A stretch of DNA of 64,000 bases from Eledone cirrhosa (Eukaryota), in contig OZ024742.1 of NCBI GenBank assembly GCA_964016885.1, positions 270,506,001-270,570,000 on the forward strand, read 5' to 3'. Made by a program: the position numbers and the translations under genes. Positions 1-11,184 of the stretch are shown in pieces (the first letter of the stretch is position 1; every line of letters starts with the position of its first letter). The notes under the pieces are model-generated. The model saw only the letters and a program-made list of their open reading frames with translations, searched no databases and was not told where the DNA came from.

Positions 1-324
1 CGCCCAATCACCTTCGAAAAGTAAAGGACATCTACAGAATACAAGTAACACTCAATAAAATAACACAATTCATATATCACATTCTCTACAAAACAGAAGA
101 AACACTACAACCACCCTAAAACGACAAAATACCACCCAGAATAGATCAATGCAATAATGATCCTTCATCGCAAAAAGATAATGCTGCTCAAATATTCTGT
201 ATATGAAGTTGCAAACCATGGTGCCTAACTATTCTAAAACAGACGAGTGCATAATATAAAACAATAATGATAATATTTATTTCTAACATTGGCAAAAGGC
301 GAGCGATATAGCCCTCAGTATTTA

Positions 325-460
325 AATGGTTCTTTATTTTATTGACTGCGGAATGAGGAAATCTAAAGTTAAACTCGGTAGGTTTTGAACTCAGAACGTA
401 AAATGTCAGAGCTAAATTGCGCAAATAATTTAATCCAATACTCTAACGATTCTAGTAATA
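325..460 (-). mobile_element. Degenerate tRNA-derived SINE copy (same superfamily as 7848-8036)
   Basis: ttttattgactgcggaatgaggaaatctaaagttaaactcggtaggttttgaactcagaacgtaaa resembles the reverse complement of the SINE B-box/core. Confidence 0.45.
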
Positions 461-624
461 CACCAGGCTCAATTGATTTTAATTTAGGCACAACGCCACT
501 AATTTCTAACACAGTACATGATAGATTGATTAGTTTATCAAGCCTAGATGGTCGAAAACCAATGTTTATCTTGTCACGATTTGAACCAAGAATATAAAGT
601 GCTGTAACCATTACCGCAATGCCT

Positions 625-840
625 TCTGTTCGATGTTTTACTGTTTCTCCAAACCCATCGCTCAGTTTACCCGTAGCAGTGGAGATTTCTGGTGTCTGTG
701 ACCCTAGGGGCATCTCCCTACTCATCACACAGAATTGGTTACCTGCAGCGTTTGTCCCTCAGCATCCTCCGGAGAAACGTTTTCTCTATTTTGTCCGCCG
801 GAACTGCATGTCAGCCAGCACGTGGGCTCCAATTGTACAT
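625..840 (+). mobile_element. CRE-like retrotransposon 3' remnant (end of RLE domain)
   Basis: LPVAVEISGVCDPRGISLLIT aligns with VPLAMDTSGVHGPRDTSLLTT of 4829-5563; LRRNVFSILSAG aligns with FRGNAFSILSAG. Confidence 0.7.
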
Positions 841-1763
841 AATAGTGAGAGATGGGGAGAGTGGGAGAGACGGAGGCAGTGACAATAGATGTTTGATTAC
901 ACGCTTAATTAAACTTATTCATTATCCCATGACAAATATCATTTTGATGTAAAGAAATGTAATTCACATAGCACTAAGTATCACAAGTGTGTAGTTTAGA
1001 ACACAGTGACAAGCCCAGCAATTTTTTATAAATATCTTTCTCGTATACCCAACATAACATATATCTTAACAAACAAGATTAAAGGCAAAGTCATCTTTGA
1101 AATCCAAAAGTTAAGAACGTTCATAAATTAATTCCCAAGTTATTCTTTTTTCTTTCGTTGCTTTAACGTTTCTGCCAATCCATGATAATCATAATTCGGC
1201 TGCTGCTAGTTTTAGTGATGTTCATTGTGCATAGTTTCTTCTCATTTCAGTTTGCTGCAACCGGCACAAGAGGAATCCAGCATAACATTGACTGTGGATC
1301 TCGTGTCTCATCAGTTAGAAATAGTTTACTGGCTTGGAATTAACGGAAAAAGAGTTGGACTCCTTACTAATGAGTGGAATTCTATAAAAGGGAAAACGGG
1401 CATACGTTTAAAAAGTATTAATGGAATGGGTCAAACTTCTAGAACAAAATTTACCAATATCAAAATAATGAGAAACATTAACCGCAATCAGAATGGAATC
1501 TAAAAACAAAAGCAAAAATATACAAACGACAGCTATGCTGCATGAAAATAAACATGGGTTAGAATGATGACCCCATTCGTAATGTGTAGGATCAAAAGAA
1601 AAGAAATAATGATGATAATTTTAATGATGCCAACAGTAACAATAGGCGTATTGCTAAGAAAACAGGCATCATTAACGACGAGCAAAACATGAACGAAATG
1701 ACGATGGAATTAATGACAAAATATAATTATTTTAAATGAAATACAAATATATGTGTGTTTAAA

Positions 1764-1768
<5 letters not shown>

Positions 1769-1817
<49 letters not shown>
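1769..1817. repeat. (TA)n microsatellite
   Basis: pure TA run. Confidence 0.95.
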
Positions 1818-1819
<2 letters not shown>

Positions 1820-3049
1820 ACAATAAAGAAAGCAATGCCAATAAATAAAGTGAATGCAAGAAAAAAGGTTTTAAACATGAGATATACAAAAGAAAACACT
1901 ACTAAATACAATCTGTTGCGTGCACTAATCTAATGGTGTTGACTATAATACCACTACAACATTAACAAAACAAAACAAAACCACCACCACAACAATAACA
2001 ACAACAAGAAGAACAAGTACTACTACTACTAATACTACTGCTGCTACTACTATTTTAGTCAGCACTCTACTACCACTGCAACAACATCTGCATTGAAAAC
2101 TTCTGCTGATGAAAATGGTGGTAAAACATATTCGGTTTCGGAAAGTGTATTCAATTATTCATCGTATAGACATTGCAAATCTTACAGCGGAGAATATTTG
2201 CGGACAAAATGACTAACACATGTAAGTGTTCTTTTACTTCTATTATTACACATTTTTGTTTTATTGTATATTTTTGTTTTTGTCATTCTTTTTCTATTTT
2301 CGTTCATTTTTTTTTTCTTTCGTTTCCTTTCTTCTTTCCGATAAATTGTTACATTAACTTTTTTCTTTCTTTATCTCTTTCATGTGAAGATTTTTTTTTA
2401 TAATTACTTTTTTTATAACACACTCATATTATTTCTTTTTTATATTGTTGCATACATATGCTTTTTATTTTATTTTATTTTAATTTATTTCTTATGTTGC
2501 CCTCGTGCTTTGTGCTGAGAAACTATATATCTTTTTCTTTGGAAAAAAAACTATTGTCAGCTTTTCGTCCTTTGTTCTTTAAGGCAATATAGTACAAACA
2601 TGGGCGATGTCTTAGGGTAAGCTTATCAGTCTTTCTGATTTTTTTAATTTCAAATCTAACTTTTCCTCATCTATGCCCTGGTGAATATCATTGAAATAGT
2701 ATCAGGATATGGTTGTTTCTTCACTGTTTGAGTAAATATATCGTATCTTATTTGTGACATTATTAAACTTTTCGAATTGTTGTGGTTTAGATAATAGACA
2801 TTAATCTCCTTATAACTCATCTTCAACATAAGGATTTGTCGACTTTCTCCAACCGATCACAACAATGAGGACATGTCATACAAAACTTTATATGAACATT
2901 CAGCAAATGTCAACTAAAATTATGTCAACTGTCTATTCGACTGTAAGGTGTATTTCTTTTAGCACATAATTAGGAAAGCTGGTATGAGCATACGACCTGA
3001 ATTCTCGCAACGAATTCTAATCAGCTTAAAGCTCCTAATGATAAGATGG

Positions 3050-3180
3050 CGATGTTAAACCGGGTAATGAATAGATTTCGCAAGCAATTAGGCCAAGTTA
3101 GGATTTGAAATTAAAATGTAAAGAGGAGGAACAAATACCATAAGGCATCTAGGCTTATTTTCTAGCGATTCTGACAATTC
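3050..3180 (-). mobile_element. Highly degenerate SINE copy
   Basis: ggatttgaaattaaaatgtaaag...ctagcgattctgacaattc resembles the reverse SINE head. Confidence 0.35.
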
Positions 3181-4279
3181 TCTGCCCCGGGCTGGAAGAT
3201 AGAGCTGGGGAATGTATCTCATAAAACTAGGAGACGGAATAAATGTTAGGATTTCTAACTCCTCCGCTAATTAAATGGCTTTGTTCCCATGTTATATACA
3301 AGTGTAATATTGTAAATAATGGACAGCCTCTGTCTCCTCAAATATATTACCAAAAACATTTAAGTTATGGCCATCAAATCTTTTTTATGAAGGTTTGGAT
3401 GCTATTTTAGAAGGCTAACATTCTACTCAACGTTTCTCGCATGTGAACGTATTGTTCATTGTGTTGAATATATTGCTGATAGCTTATAAACTAGGGTCAA
3501 CGCTCTTAAAAGTCTTCATCAAAAACTCCTTACCTTAATGGTTAAAGCCCCTAGTCGGTATCTGGAAAATATTGTGTTCAATCACACATAGCGGCTGATG
3601 GCAACTTCTTTATCCGTCATTTAAGGATGTTCACCCTATTTTGTAAGATATATTTATAGCATTTCTGCGCTTGAGCACTTTCTTAGTACTTATATATATT
3701 CATATATTCACAGCGCTTCGAAAGGGCGAAAGTTCCGCTTAGCACATTATTTGTTTACATACGAATGCCTGTCTGCCAGACTGTCTCGCTGTCTGATGCT
3801 ATATAAAACCTGGTATCCAGCTAGCTATTTAAAATGACGAGAACGATTTCGTCAAAGGCGCCTTAGCTTAGTGGTTAAAGCGTCATGACAACCTTCTGCA
3901 GCATACATCAATGATAACCCGTGAGAAGCTGCTGAAGTTACTGTGCGAGGTAACAGACTTCGCACCTACAAACGATCACCTTATTCTCTCAATGAGCAAT
4001 GTAATGTAATCAAGGAACTTCTCAAATGAAGACCAGTTATTTCAGTGACTGACAGAATTCTTTACATCGAAGCCTCTACAATTCCATATGGATGAAACCA
4101 TGTACCATACTAAACAATGGAAAAAGGTAATCGCAAATGAAGACGTTTATTTTGACTTGTAAATTTTCGTTAGGAAACGCCAACATATTAAAGAAATTTA
4201 AATGATGAGAGCTTTCTGTCCAACCAAATATATATATGTCACTGATCGATTATGGATTTGTAAACGTGAGATAGCATCA

Positions 4280-5700
4280 GCGATCCACCCGCCGGCCATC
4301 CACTCTACCATCAGGTCCAGGCTCCAAAAACTCCGGACCCTCACGAGCCGACAAGGCTTGATTGAGGGCCAGCCAGCTCTCTTTCTGTTGAGGAATTGCT
4401 TCGCCAAGCCGAAGCTCCTCTATACACTTCGCAGCGCTCCGTGCTACACCCACGCATCTCTCCTCGCTGACCTCGATAGTTGTATCCGAGCAGCAGCCGA
4501 GGAGATATGCAACATCAGTTTTGACGACATTGGATGGGAACAGGCCACTTTACCTGTAAGATATGGCGGCCTTGGCCCCCTGTCCCCGATCTTCTTGGCT
4601 TTGCCGGCGTTTCTCTCGTCGGAAACCTCATGCCGCATCGTCGTCAGCAGGGTTCTCGAAAACACAATGAAACCCTCTGTGATAAGGGAACGTGAGGCCT
4701 CCTGTGATACGTGGGTCGGCTGGGACTTAGCCCAGTAGACGTCCGTCCTCCTTCTCCCCCCTGCTGAGGTCAAGTCCCACCAAAGCATTTGTGATGCCAT
4801 CCAGTGCAACCTGACCACAGGCAGCCTCATGCGCCAGCTCGACCAACACTGCCTTGCCTGTTTTCGTGCGGCCTCCAAAACCCACAGTGGTGCCTGGCTT
4901 CATGAATTGCCCTACCTCTCCTCTGTCACGCAACTGGATAACAATAGCCAGCGCATCGGCATTTCCTTGAGGCTTAGCATCCGGATTTTCGAGCCACACA
5001 AATGTCACTGTGGAACCACCGTGGAATCTTTCAGCCTCCATCCGCTTTCCTGTCGCCACAGTGCCGGCCGCCTTCCAGGCCATGCTGCCCTCAATGAGGT
5101 CATAAAGCATGGCTTGGACGCTGCAGGCTTCCCTTACCAGCTCGAGCCGGTGGGGCTGGAACGAGGGGACGGCAAAAGGCCAAATGGTATGACCATCTTC
5201 CCCTTCCGTTGTGGCAAACCCCTCGTCTGGGATGCCACTTGCACCGACAAATCCTCCAGCCGCAACCTGGTGCAGTCTGTAACTAACACAGGTTCTGCAG
5301 CACGTCGGGCTGAGGAGGCCAAACTCACCATTTACCAGTCGCTCTCCGACAGGTTTGCGGTCGTGCCCTTGGCGATGGACACTTCTGGTGTCCACGGCCC
5401 TAGGGATACCTCCCTACTCACAACCATAGGCGCTGAGCTGGCCAGCCGCAGGTGTGAGCCTCGCGAGTTGGAATGGCTTTTCCAGCTTGTCTCCCTTGCC
5501 GTCTTCCGAGGAAACGCCTTCTCCATTCTGTCCGCCGGGGCTGTGGGATGGCCACCAAGATGATTGACTGACATATCATTTCATCAGTCAACTGTTGCTG
5601 TCTTGTATTGTTTGTCTCACATATTTCTCAGCCTGTCCCACTTGTCCGTTCTTTGTATGACTAGTATTGTTGATATGGATACGTATGCGTGTGTAAACAG
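4280..5700 (+). mobile_element. 5'-truncated CRE-clade non-LTR retrotransposon (thumb region, Zn motif, restriction-like endonuclease); pseudogenised
   Basis: ORFs 4202-4738 and 4829-5563: PKLLYTLRSAP, WEQATLPVRYGGLG, AWL..P, CHCG...HPLSC...H, RPNG...WDATCTD (PD-D/ExK RLE, catalytic D apparently changed to N); stop at 4736-4738; GC-rich relative to flanks. Confidence 0.8.
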
Positions 5701-5934
5701 ACGCAAACCACACGATTTGTTATCGTTATATAAATATATACTCTTCTACTCTTCTCCTCTTACTGAATATTTACCGTAACATTTGCCAAAACCGGATATC
5801 AAATAAAAACAGCAAGCAAAAACGTCAGGTGAAGCGGCTTGTTTTGCCAGACGAGAAACCAAATACTTGACATATGAAACAACGTGTAAAATGTCAGCCA
5901 AGAAGCAAGTCTCTTTTTATTGAACATAACAATC

Positions 5935-6078
5935 TCACATGTACACACACTCAGACAGGCGCACATACACACACACATGCTGCGCACGCACACACAGTCA
6001 CACACGCAAACACATATACGCACGCGCGAACACATACACGCACGCACACACACACTCACACTCACACATACAAGCACA
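5935..6078. repeat. (CA)n-like compound microsatellite
   Basis: imperfect CA/CG repeats. Confidence 0.85.
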
Positions 6079-6450
6079 AAGACATCGTAAAATGTTCAGG
6101 AATCCGGAATGCTGAAACGGAAAACGAAACTTACGCTTTTAAGTCGTAGTGTCCTCACTTTTTATTTAACCGCTTATGCATTATTGTTATTTTTCGCGTT
6201 GGTAGTTTTCGTACTAGTGTTCTTTCGTTGTTTTCTGTGTAGCCAGCCTTAAATCAATCTTTCTGCAGTTAACTGTGGAGAATTGATATTTGAACTAAGC
6301 AACATGTGCTTAAAATATATGGGAAACTGAAAAGAATATAGACATTTCTTTCTCTTTGTCTAACTATCTAATGTTTATTTCGATTGATCCATCGATTACT
6401 CTCTCCATTTCTCTCTCTATCCATCTATATTTTCCCTTTATTCACTCCGT

Positions 6451-6452
<2 letters not shown>

Positions 6453-6532
<80 letters not shown>
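6453..6532. repeat. (CT)n(TA)n compound microsatellite
   Basis: direct reading. Confidence 0.95.
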
Positions 6533-6534
<2 letters not shown>

Positions 6535-6549
6535 TTTATATATAAATGC

Positions 6550-7840
6550 ACTGCAGGCATAAGGCCGCCTGCAACACATGCTTTATGAAATTATCACATT
6601 TCAGCGAAAGCATAACCTCAGCTATTCACAGAGCTCTCCGCAAAGAAGGGCGGGACATATAATTTGCACACACCGCCTCTTCACTGAGTGGATGCCTCTC
6701 TAAAAAGCAATCCATAGACAACAACAATCAATGACCACTGACTGACTGCCCTCAGCGGGCACATGTGGTATAACGAATTCAATGCAACAAGTGTTAGGAG
6801 TTCTATATTGGTAGCACAACTCAAACACTTCAAATCTACATCACAGAAGACCTCAACACACCCATCCTCATTCTACTATTTTACCCAAAATCATAGATAT
6901 AGTAAGATATTTAATAGAAATTTAGTTAACATCAGCCACTCTTGCTGGCCATCAATGAAAACCAAAATCACCAACTCAGGTGTAACTAGAGGAAACCCAG
7001 GATGCAGCTGCAGGAAACCTGAAGAATACCCATTACAGGGCAAGTGTAATACCAACTCTGTTGTATATGAGGCCAAGTTGACACCGATTATAAATAACAA
7101 GCAAGCGAGAAGTGAGCGATGTTGGCATGACACAGGACACATTTAAAACCAGGTATTATGCACACATCGCTTCATTCAAACACCCTGAAAAAAGAACATC
7201 AACGGCACTGGCAAATAAAGTGTGGGAGTTTAAAGACAGAAACATTCCATACTATATTGATTGATTAATGTTAGACCACTCAAACGAATAGCAAAGGGAC
7301 ACGAAGAAATGTTCTTTGTGTATAACGGAAACAATTAGAATTCTTTAAAATCTGAAAACCCCTCCCACATGCCTCAACTCTAAGACTCAGAAGTTGTCCG
7401 CACCTGAAATAGCTTCTCCTTTTTAGCTGGATTAATACATCAACCAACGATCACTCAACGACCCTGAGCTTCCTTTTACATATTAACCCTTCCACTCACT
7501 ATAAATAACATCACTTTACGACCACCACACCTTACACAGTTCATCATATAAACACATACTTTCTACCAATATATACGTTTTTCTCCCACATGTTTATTTA
7601 TTTATTTCATTTAATTTATACTTCCCCCCATTTTTGCTGCCATACTTTTAACACATACACACCCACCACCTTCATTATGTCCTCTTATTATAACCCCCCC
7701 CCTCCCCCCACCTTTTACCCAGATCATTTTATAACCACATACCTTTACTAAGATCTATTTTCAAACATTTACTTTCTAGCACAACTAATAATTCATACCC
7801 TTTTTTCTCCTTCAGCTGTTCATTTTATATTATATTTATT
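6550..7840 (+). mobile_element. Penelope-like element remnant (GIY-YIG endonuclease plus 3' tail)
   Basis: CSCRKPEEYPLQGKCNTNSVVYEAKL, then after a frameshift VGMTQDTFKTRYYAHIASFKHPEKRTSTALANKVWEFKDRNIPYTID; starts next to a (TA)n array. Confidence 0.8.
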
Positions 7841-7847
7841 TAGTGGA

Positions 7848-8036
7848 GGACGGTGGATTGGCAGTATCGGTAGAGGGTCGGACGCCATCCTTTCCAGCCT
7901 AGTTACGTCCCTTTACGATCTGAGTTCAAATCCCGCCGAGGTAACTTTGCCTTTCATCCTTACGGGGTCGATAAAATAAAGTACCAGTAATGCACTGGGT
8001 AATTTGCTGGCCTTGTGCCTAACGTAGAAACAATTA
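7848..8036 (+). mobile_element. tRNA-derived SINE (~190 bp; Meta-domain-like core)
   Basis: A box tggcagtatcgg, B box gagttcaaatcc, core actttgcctttcatccttacggggtcgataaaataaagtaccag; five well-preserved copies in the window. Confidence 0.85.
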
Positions 8037-8300
8037 TATTAATTTAGTTATTCTCCCCCATGTCCTTACACACCCACCATGTTTTAAGTATATATACGTT
8101 TTTTAATTTTTATGTCATTTTTATAATTGAGTGTGTTTCCTCACTTAATTCCATTATATTGTTTGTCTTAAGTATGTCTATAACTATACATATATATGTA
8201 TGCATACGTATACGTGTGTGTACACGTACGTGTGGGTACGTATGGGTGTACAAACACACACACATATATATATATATATGCTTGTCTGTGTGTGTACACC

Positions 8301-8359
<59 letters not shown>

Positions 8360-8400
8360 ACGTATGTGCATGTACGCGTGTCTATATGTATGTGTGTATA

Positions 8401-9660
8401 GCGTCCGTCACCTACTACCGTCTGATTGTTGTGCCTTGCCCTAAGGAAACACTCACCACCATGAAACGCATGCTCTTTCAATTTCTTTGGAAGAAGCGCC
8501 CTCCTATGGTGAGAAGATCCATCTGCTGCCAACAACCTTCGAAAGGAGGGCTGGTGGTGCCGTGGTTGATGATGCGTAGGCACGCATTAAGGCTACGGCA
8601 CCTACAGGTATTCCTCACTGGTCAACCGGTGTGGCCTCCGTTCGTGAGACGAGCCTTTCCGAAACTCGTCTCGCTCACCGAGCTTCAGTCCTGGGTCAAG
8701 CAAAGATCCGGAAAACTGGGCGACTGGCACACTAAGTGTGCCCAGGCGCTCAGGGCTCTCTGGCAAGCGGACCCGGCCATCGGTGGAGAATCCACCTCGT
8801 CATTCTATAGAGGGCTGGTGGCTAGCAGGGGCGATGACACCCTTGGAGAGTCGCTGGACATGGAAGAGGACGAACTGGCCAGCCTGTTCGGTAGGACTTT
8901 CGGCCCGGGACCAATGGACAACTTCCAGAAGTCACTGGCCTGGCAGTGCTACCGGGGGGGCTCTACTCGTTCGAGAAAAGCTCTACAGACACGCGCGCCC
9001 GGGCAGGGATCCCTCGAAAAAGATTTGCCCTAGATGCGTGCGTCACGAAGAAACCGTTGCGCACGCATTGGTGCACTGTCCGGGCGTGGCTGATCTGTGG
9101 GGCTACGCCGAACGACTGCTGTCGCGGGTGGCGCCGATTCGATTGACCGCCGAGTCTGTGATAACAATCAAGCCGCCTCCCTTCTTCACAAAGGAAGCAA
9201 AGGCGGTTTTTCTATGCGTAATAGCCATGTTGAAAGAGGTTGTTTGGTGGACACGATTGAAAGGTCTGAGGTCAGGCAACTTCCTCTCTGGCCATAGTCT
9301 GGTCTACTTCTTCCGATATCACTTCGGAAGAAGGATAAGAATGGAGAGAGAGGTTATTGGCCACAGGCAGTTTTATGAAAGGTGGGTGATAGTGGCGAGA
9401 ATGGCTCGTGTTAATGGGCCTTCTCTGTATACCATCCTGTAGGTAAATAAGTGAAGGAGAGGGGAGCTCCTTCTCCATGTGCTCCCCGGGCAAAGGATTG
9501 CACACTTTTTCGGGGGTGTGTGCAACCCCCCATCACGTCCCCTCCCTTTTGAGGTTGTTTTTTTATTATTTTCATTTTATACCCTTTTTACTCGGTTTTA
9601 TGTAAACCCCCCCTTTGTATTTGTCCCTTCTTTTTATACCTTTATGGTAAATAAAGAAAT
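8401..9660 (+). mobile_element. 5'-truncated Tx1-clade LINE (ORF2 C-terminus plus 3'UTR)
   Basis: YYRLIVVPCP...GPMDNFQKSLAWQCYRG and CPRC...ETVAHALVHC homologous to ORF2 29426-32845; one frameshift near 8960; ends aataaagaaa in TA/TG-rich repeats. Confidence 0.9.
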
Positions 9661-9884
9661 ATATATGTATGTGTGTATATGTACGAGTGTTATGTCCTCT
9701 TCCTTATATTATGTACGTGCGTGTGCATGTGTGTTTATGTGTGTATGCATGTATATGCATATATATATGTATATTTATGCGCATGTACGCAAGTGTATGC
9801 GCATATTGTATGTATGCATATATGTGTGTGCGTGTTTTTGTATATTTACGAGTAATTTCATGTGTGTATACATATGTGTATATG

Positions 9885-9926
<42 letters not shown>

Positions 9927-9983
9927 TGTATGTTTAGAGATATATGTGTATATCTGTATGTGTATATTTATATATATATATAT

Positions 9984-10084
9984 CTATCTAAGGCGGGTAA
10001 AATTCCCGAGATCCATGGACGAGTCCTCTCCAGCGGTCTCTGTCCCTCATTATCGCTGCCATATCCTGCATCTCCAACAGACCA
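9984..10084 (-). mobile_element. RTE-clade LINE extreme 3' fragment
   Basis: encodes [31 protein letters not shown]; near-identical to 56388-56489. Confidence 0.75.
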
Positions 10085-10106
10085 ATACATATATATATAT
10101 ATATAT

Positions 10107-10270
10107 AGGAACGAGTAGGACCCCGACGGCTGAGCTGAAGCCGTTTCGACGGCTAGTCCAGAATTAGCCGTCGGGGTCCTACTCGTTCCTATTACCCACT
10201 CTACTACCCTAAGTATTGAGGACTTTAGTGCGTTATGGTCCACCTGGTTCCTTACCACATTTCCTCCCTT
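10107..10270. mobile_element. Fold-back element carrying the 3' half of a hammerhead motif (family of 53534-53729)
   Basis: inverted repeat aggaacgagtaggaccccgacggct/agccgtcggggtcctactcgttcct; minus strand reads GAAA-CGGCT-tcagctc-AGCCG-TC; (TA)n on both sides. Confidence 0.7.
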
Positions 10271-10377
10271 ATATATATATATATATATATATAGCTTTCA
10301 CCGTATTATTAACTAAAGGAATTTTAGCTTGATAACGGGGTTTAGAACCCTCAGATAAATGGAAAAAAGATGAGTAT

Positions 10378-10448
10378 TGACGTACATGGGAGTCGAACCC
10401 ACATCTGTGGTTATCGCGACCACTGTGCTACCATTACACCAACACATC
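10378..10448 (-). ncRNA. tRNA-like cloverleaf (repeat-borne, probably not a translational tRNA)
   Basis: GATGTGT-TG-GTGT-AATGGTA-GCAC-A-GTGGT-CGCGATA-ACCAC-AGAT-GTGGG-TTCGACT-CCCAT-GTACGTC-A; non-canonical anticodon loop; T-run downstream. Confidence 0.65.
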
Positions 10449-10664
10449 ACCCATCTCTCTCCATTCAAATTAGAAACTACATTCTTAGCGAGTTTAAATG
10501 GCAAATAAGTATGTTTTGAAACAGTGAGCGAGTATGAAATTAGAAAATATATAGCTTTCACCGTATCTTTAACTAAAGGAATTTTAGCTTGTTTCAAAAC
10601 ATACTTACTTGCCATTTAAACTCGCTAAGAATGTAGTTTCTAATTTGAATGGAGAGAGATGGGT

Positions 10665-10735
10665 GATGTGTAGGTGTAATGGTAACACAGTGGTCGCGAT
10701 AACCACAGATGTGGGTTCGACTCCCATGTACTTCA
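10665..10735 (+). ncRNA. tRNA-like cloverleaf, second copy
   Basis: A box taggtgtaatgg, B box ggttcgactcc, D/anticodon/T stems pair; TTTTT about 10 nt downstream. Confidence 0.65.
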
Positions 10736-11184
10736 ATACTCATCTTTTTCCATTTATCTGAGGGTTCTAAACCCCGTTATCAAGCTAAAATTCCTTTAGT
10801 TAAAAATACGGTGAAAGCTATATATTTTCTAATTTCAAACTCGCTCACTGTTTCAAAACATACTTACTTGCCATATATATATATATATTGCAAACAAAGA
10901 GAGGTAGGTATTACATTAGGGTTTCTATTAATTATACATACTTACTACCGTTTTTGCTTGAGTAAAATGTATGTAGAGTAGATTGAGCTGGTACGTGTCT
11001 ACTATTGCATTAATATAGATCTTGTGGCACTCATCTGTGTAACACTCGTAATTATTTAAATTCAATAAAGACCGTAATGCGTAATGTGGCTGTGCTTTTG
11101 ATATATACATTCTGTCTCAGCATAGACACAGGGTGCTGGTTTTACTGCCCGCTTCAGTAAATCACGAAACTACTCAATCTATTA

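Larger units (their letters stand above)
10293..10873. mobile_element. Head-to-head pair of circularly permuted ~260-bp tRNA-containing units
   Basis: left arm (-) 10293-10590, period 260; right arm (+) 10591-10873, period 259; each terminally redundant; (TA)n outside both ends. Confidence 0.85.

Noticed and set aside
3799-4130. TATAAAA followed by two exon-like segments (…MITREKLLKLLCE|gtaac; …MDETMYHTKQWKK|gtaat)
   Set aside because: No consistent frame or recognisable protein; needs RNA evidence
7848-7940. SINE heads as tRNA genes
   Set aside because: A-B box spacing expanded, no cloverleaf, followed by SINE core and tail
10601-10614. ATACTTACTTGCCA resembling the U1 snRNA 5' end
   Set aside because: Only 12/14 match and no downstream U1 sequence
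10758-10825. Possible HHR in the tRNA unit (CTGAGGG...GAAA)
   Set aside because: Core mismatch and no stem I pairing
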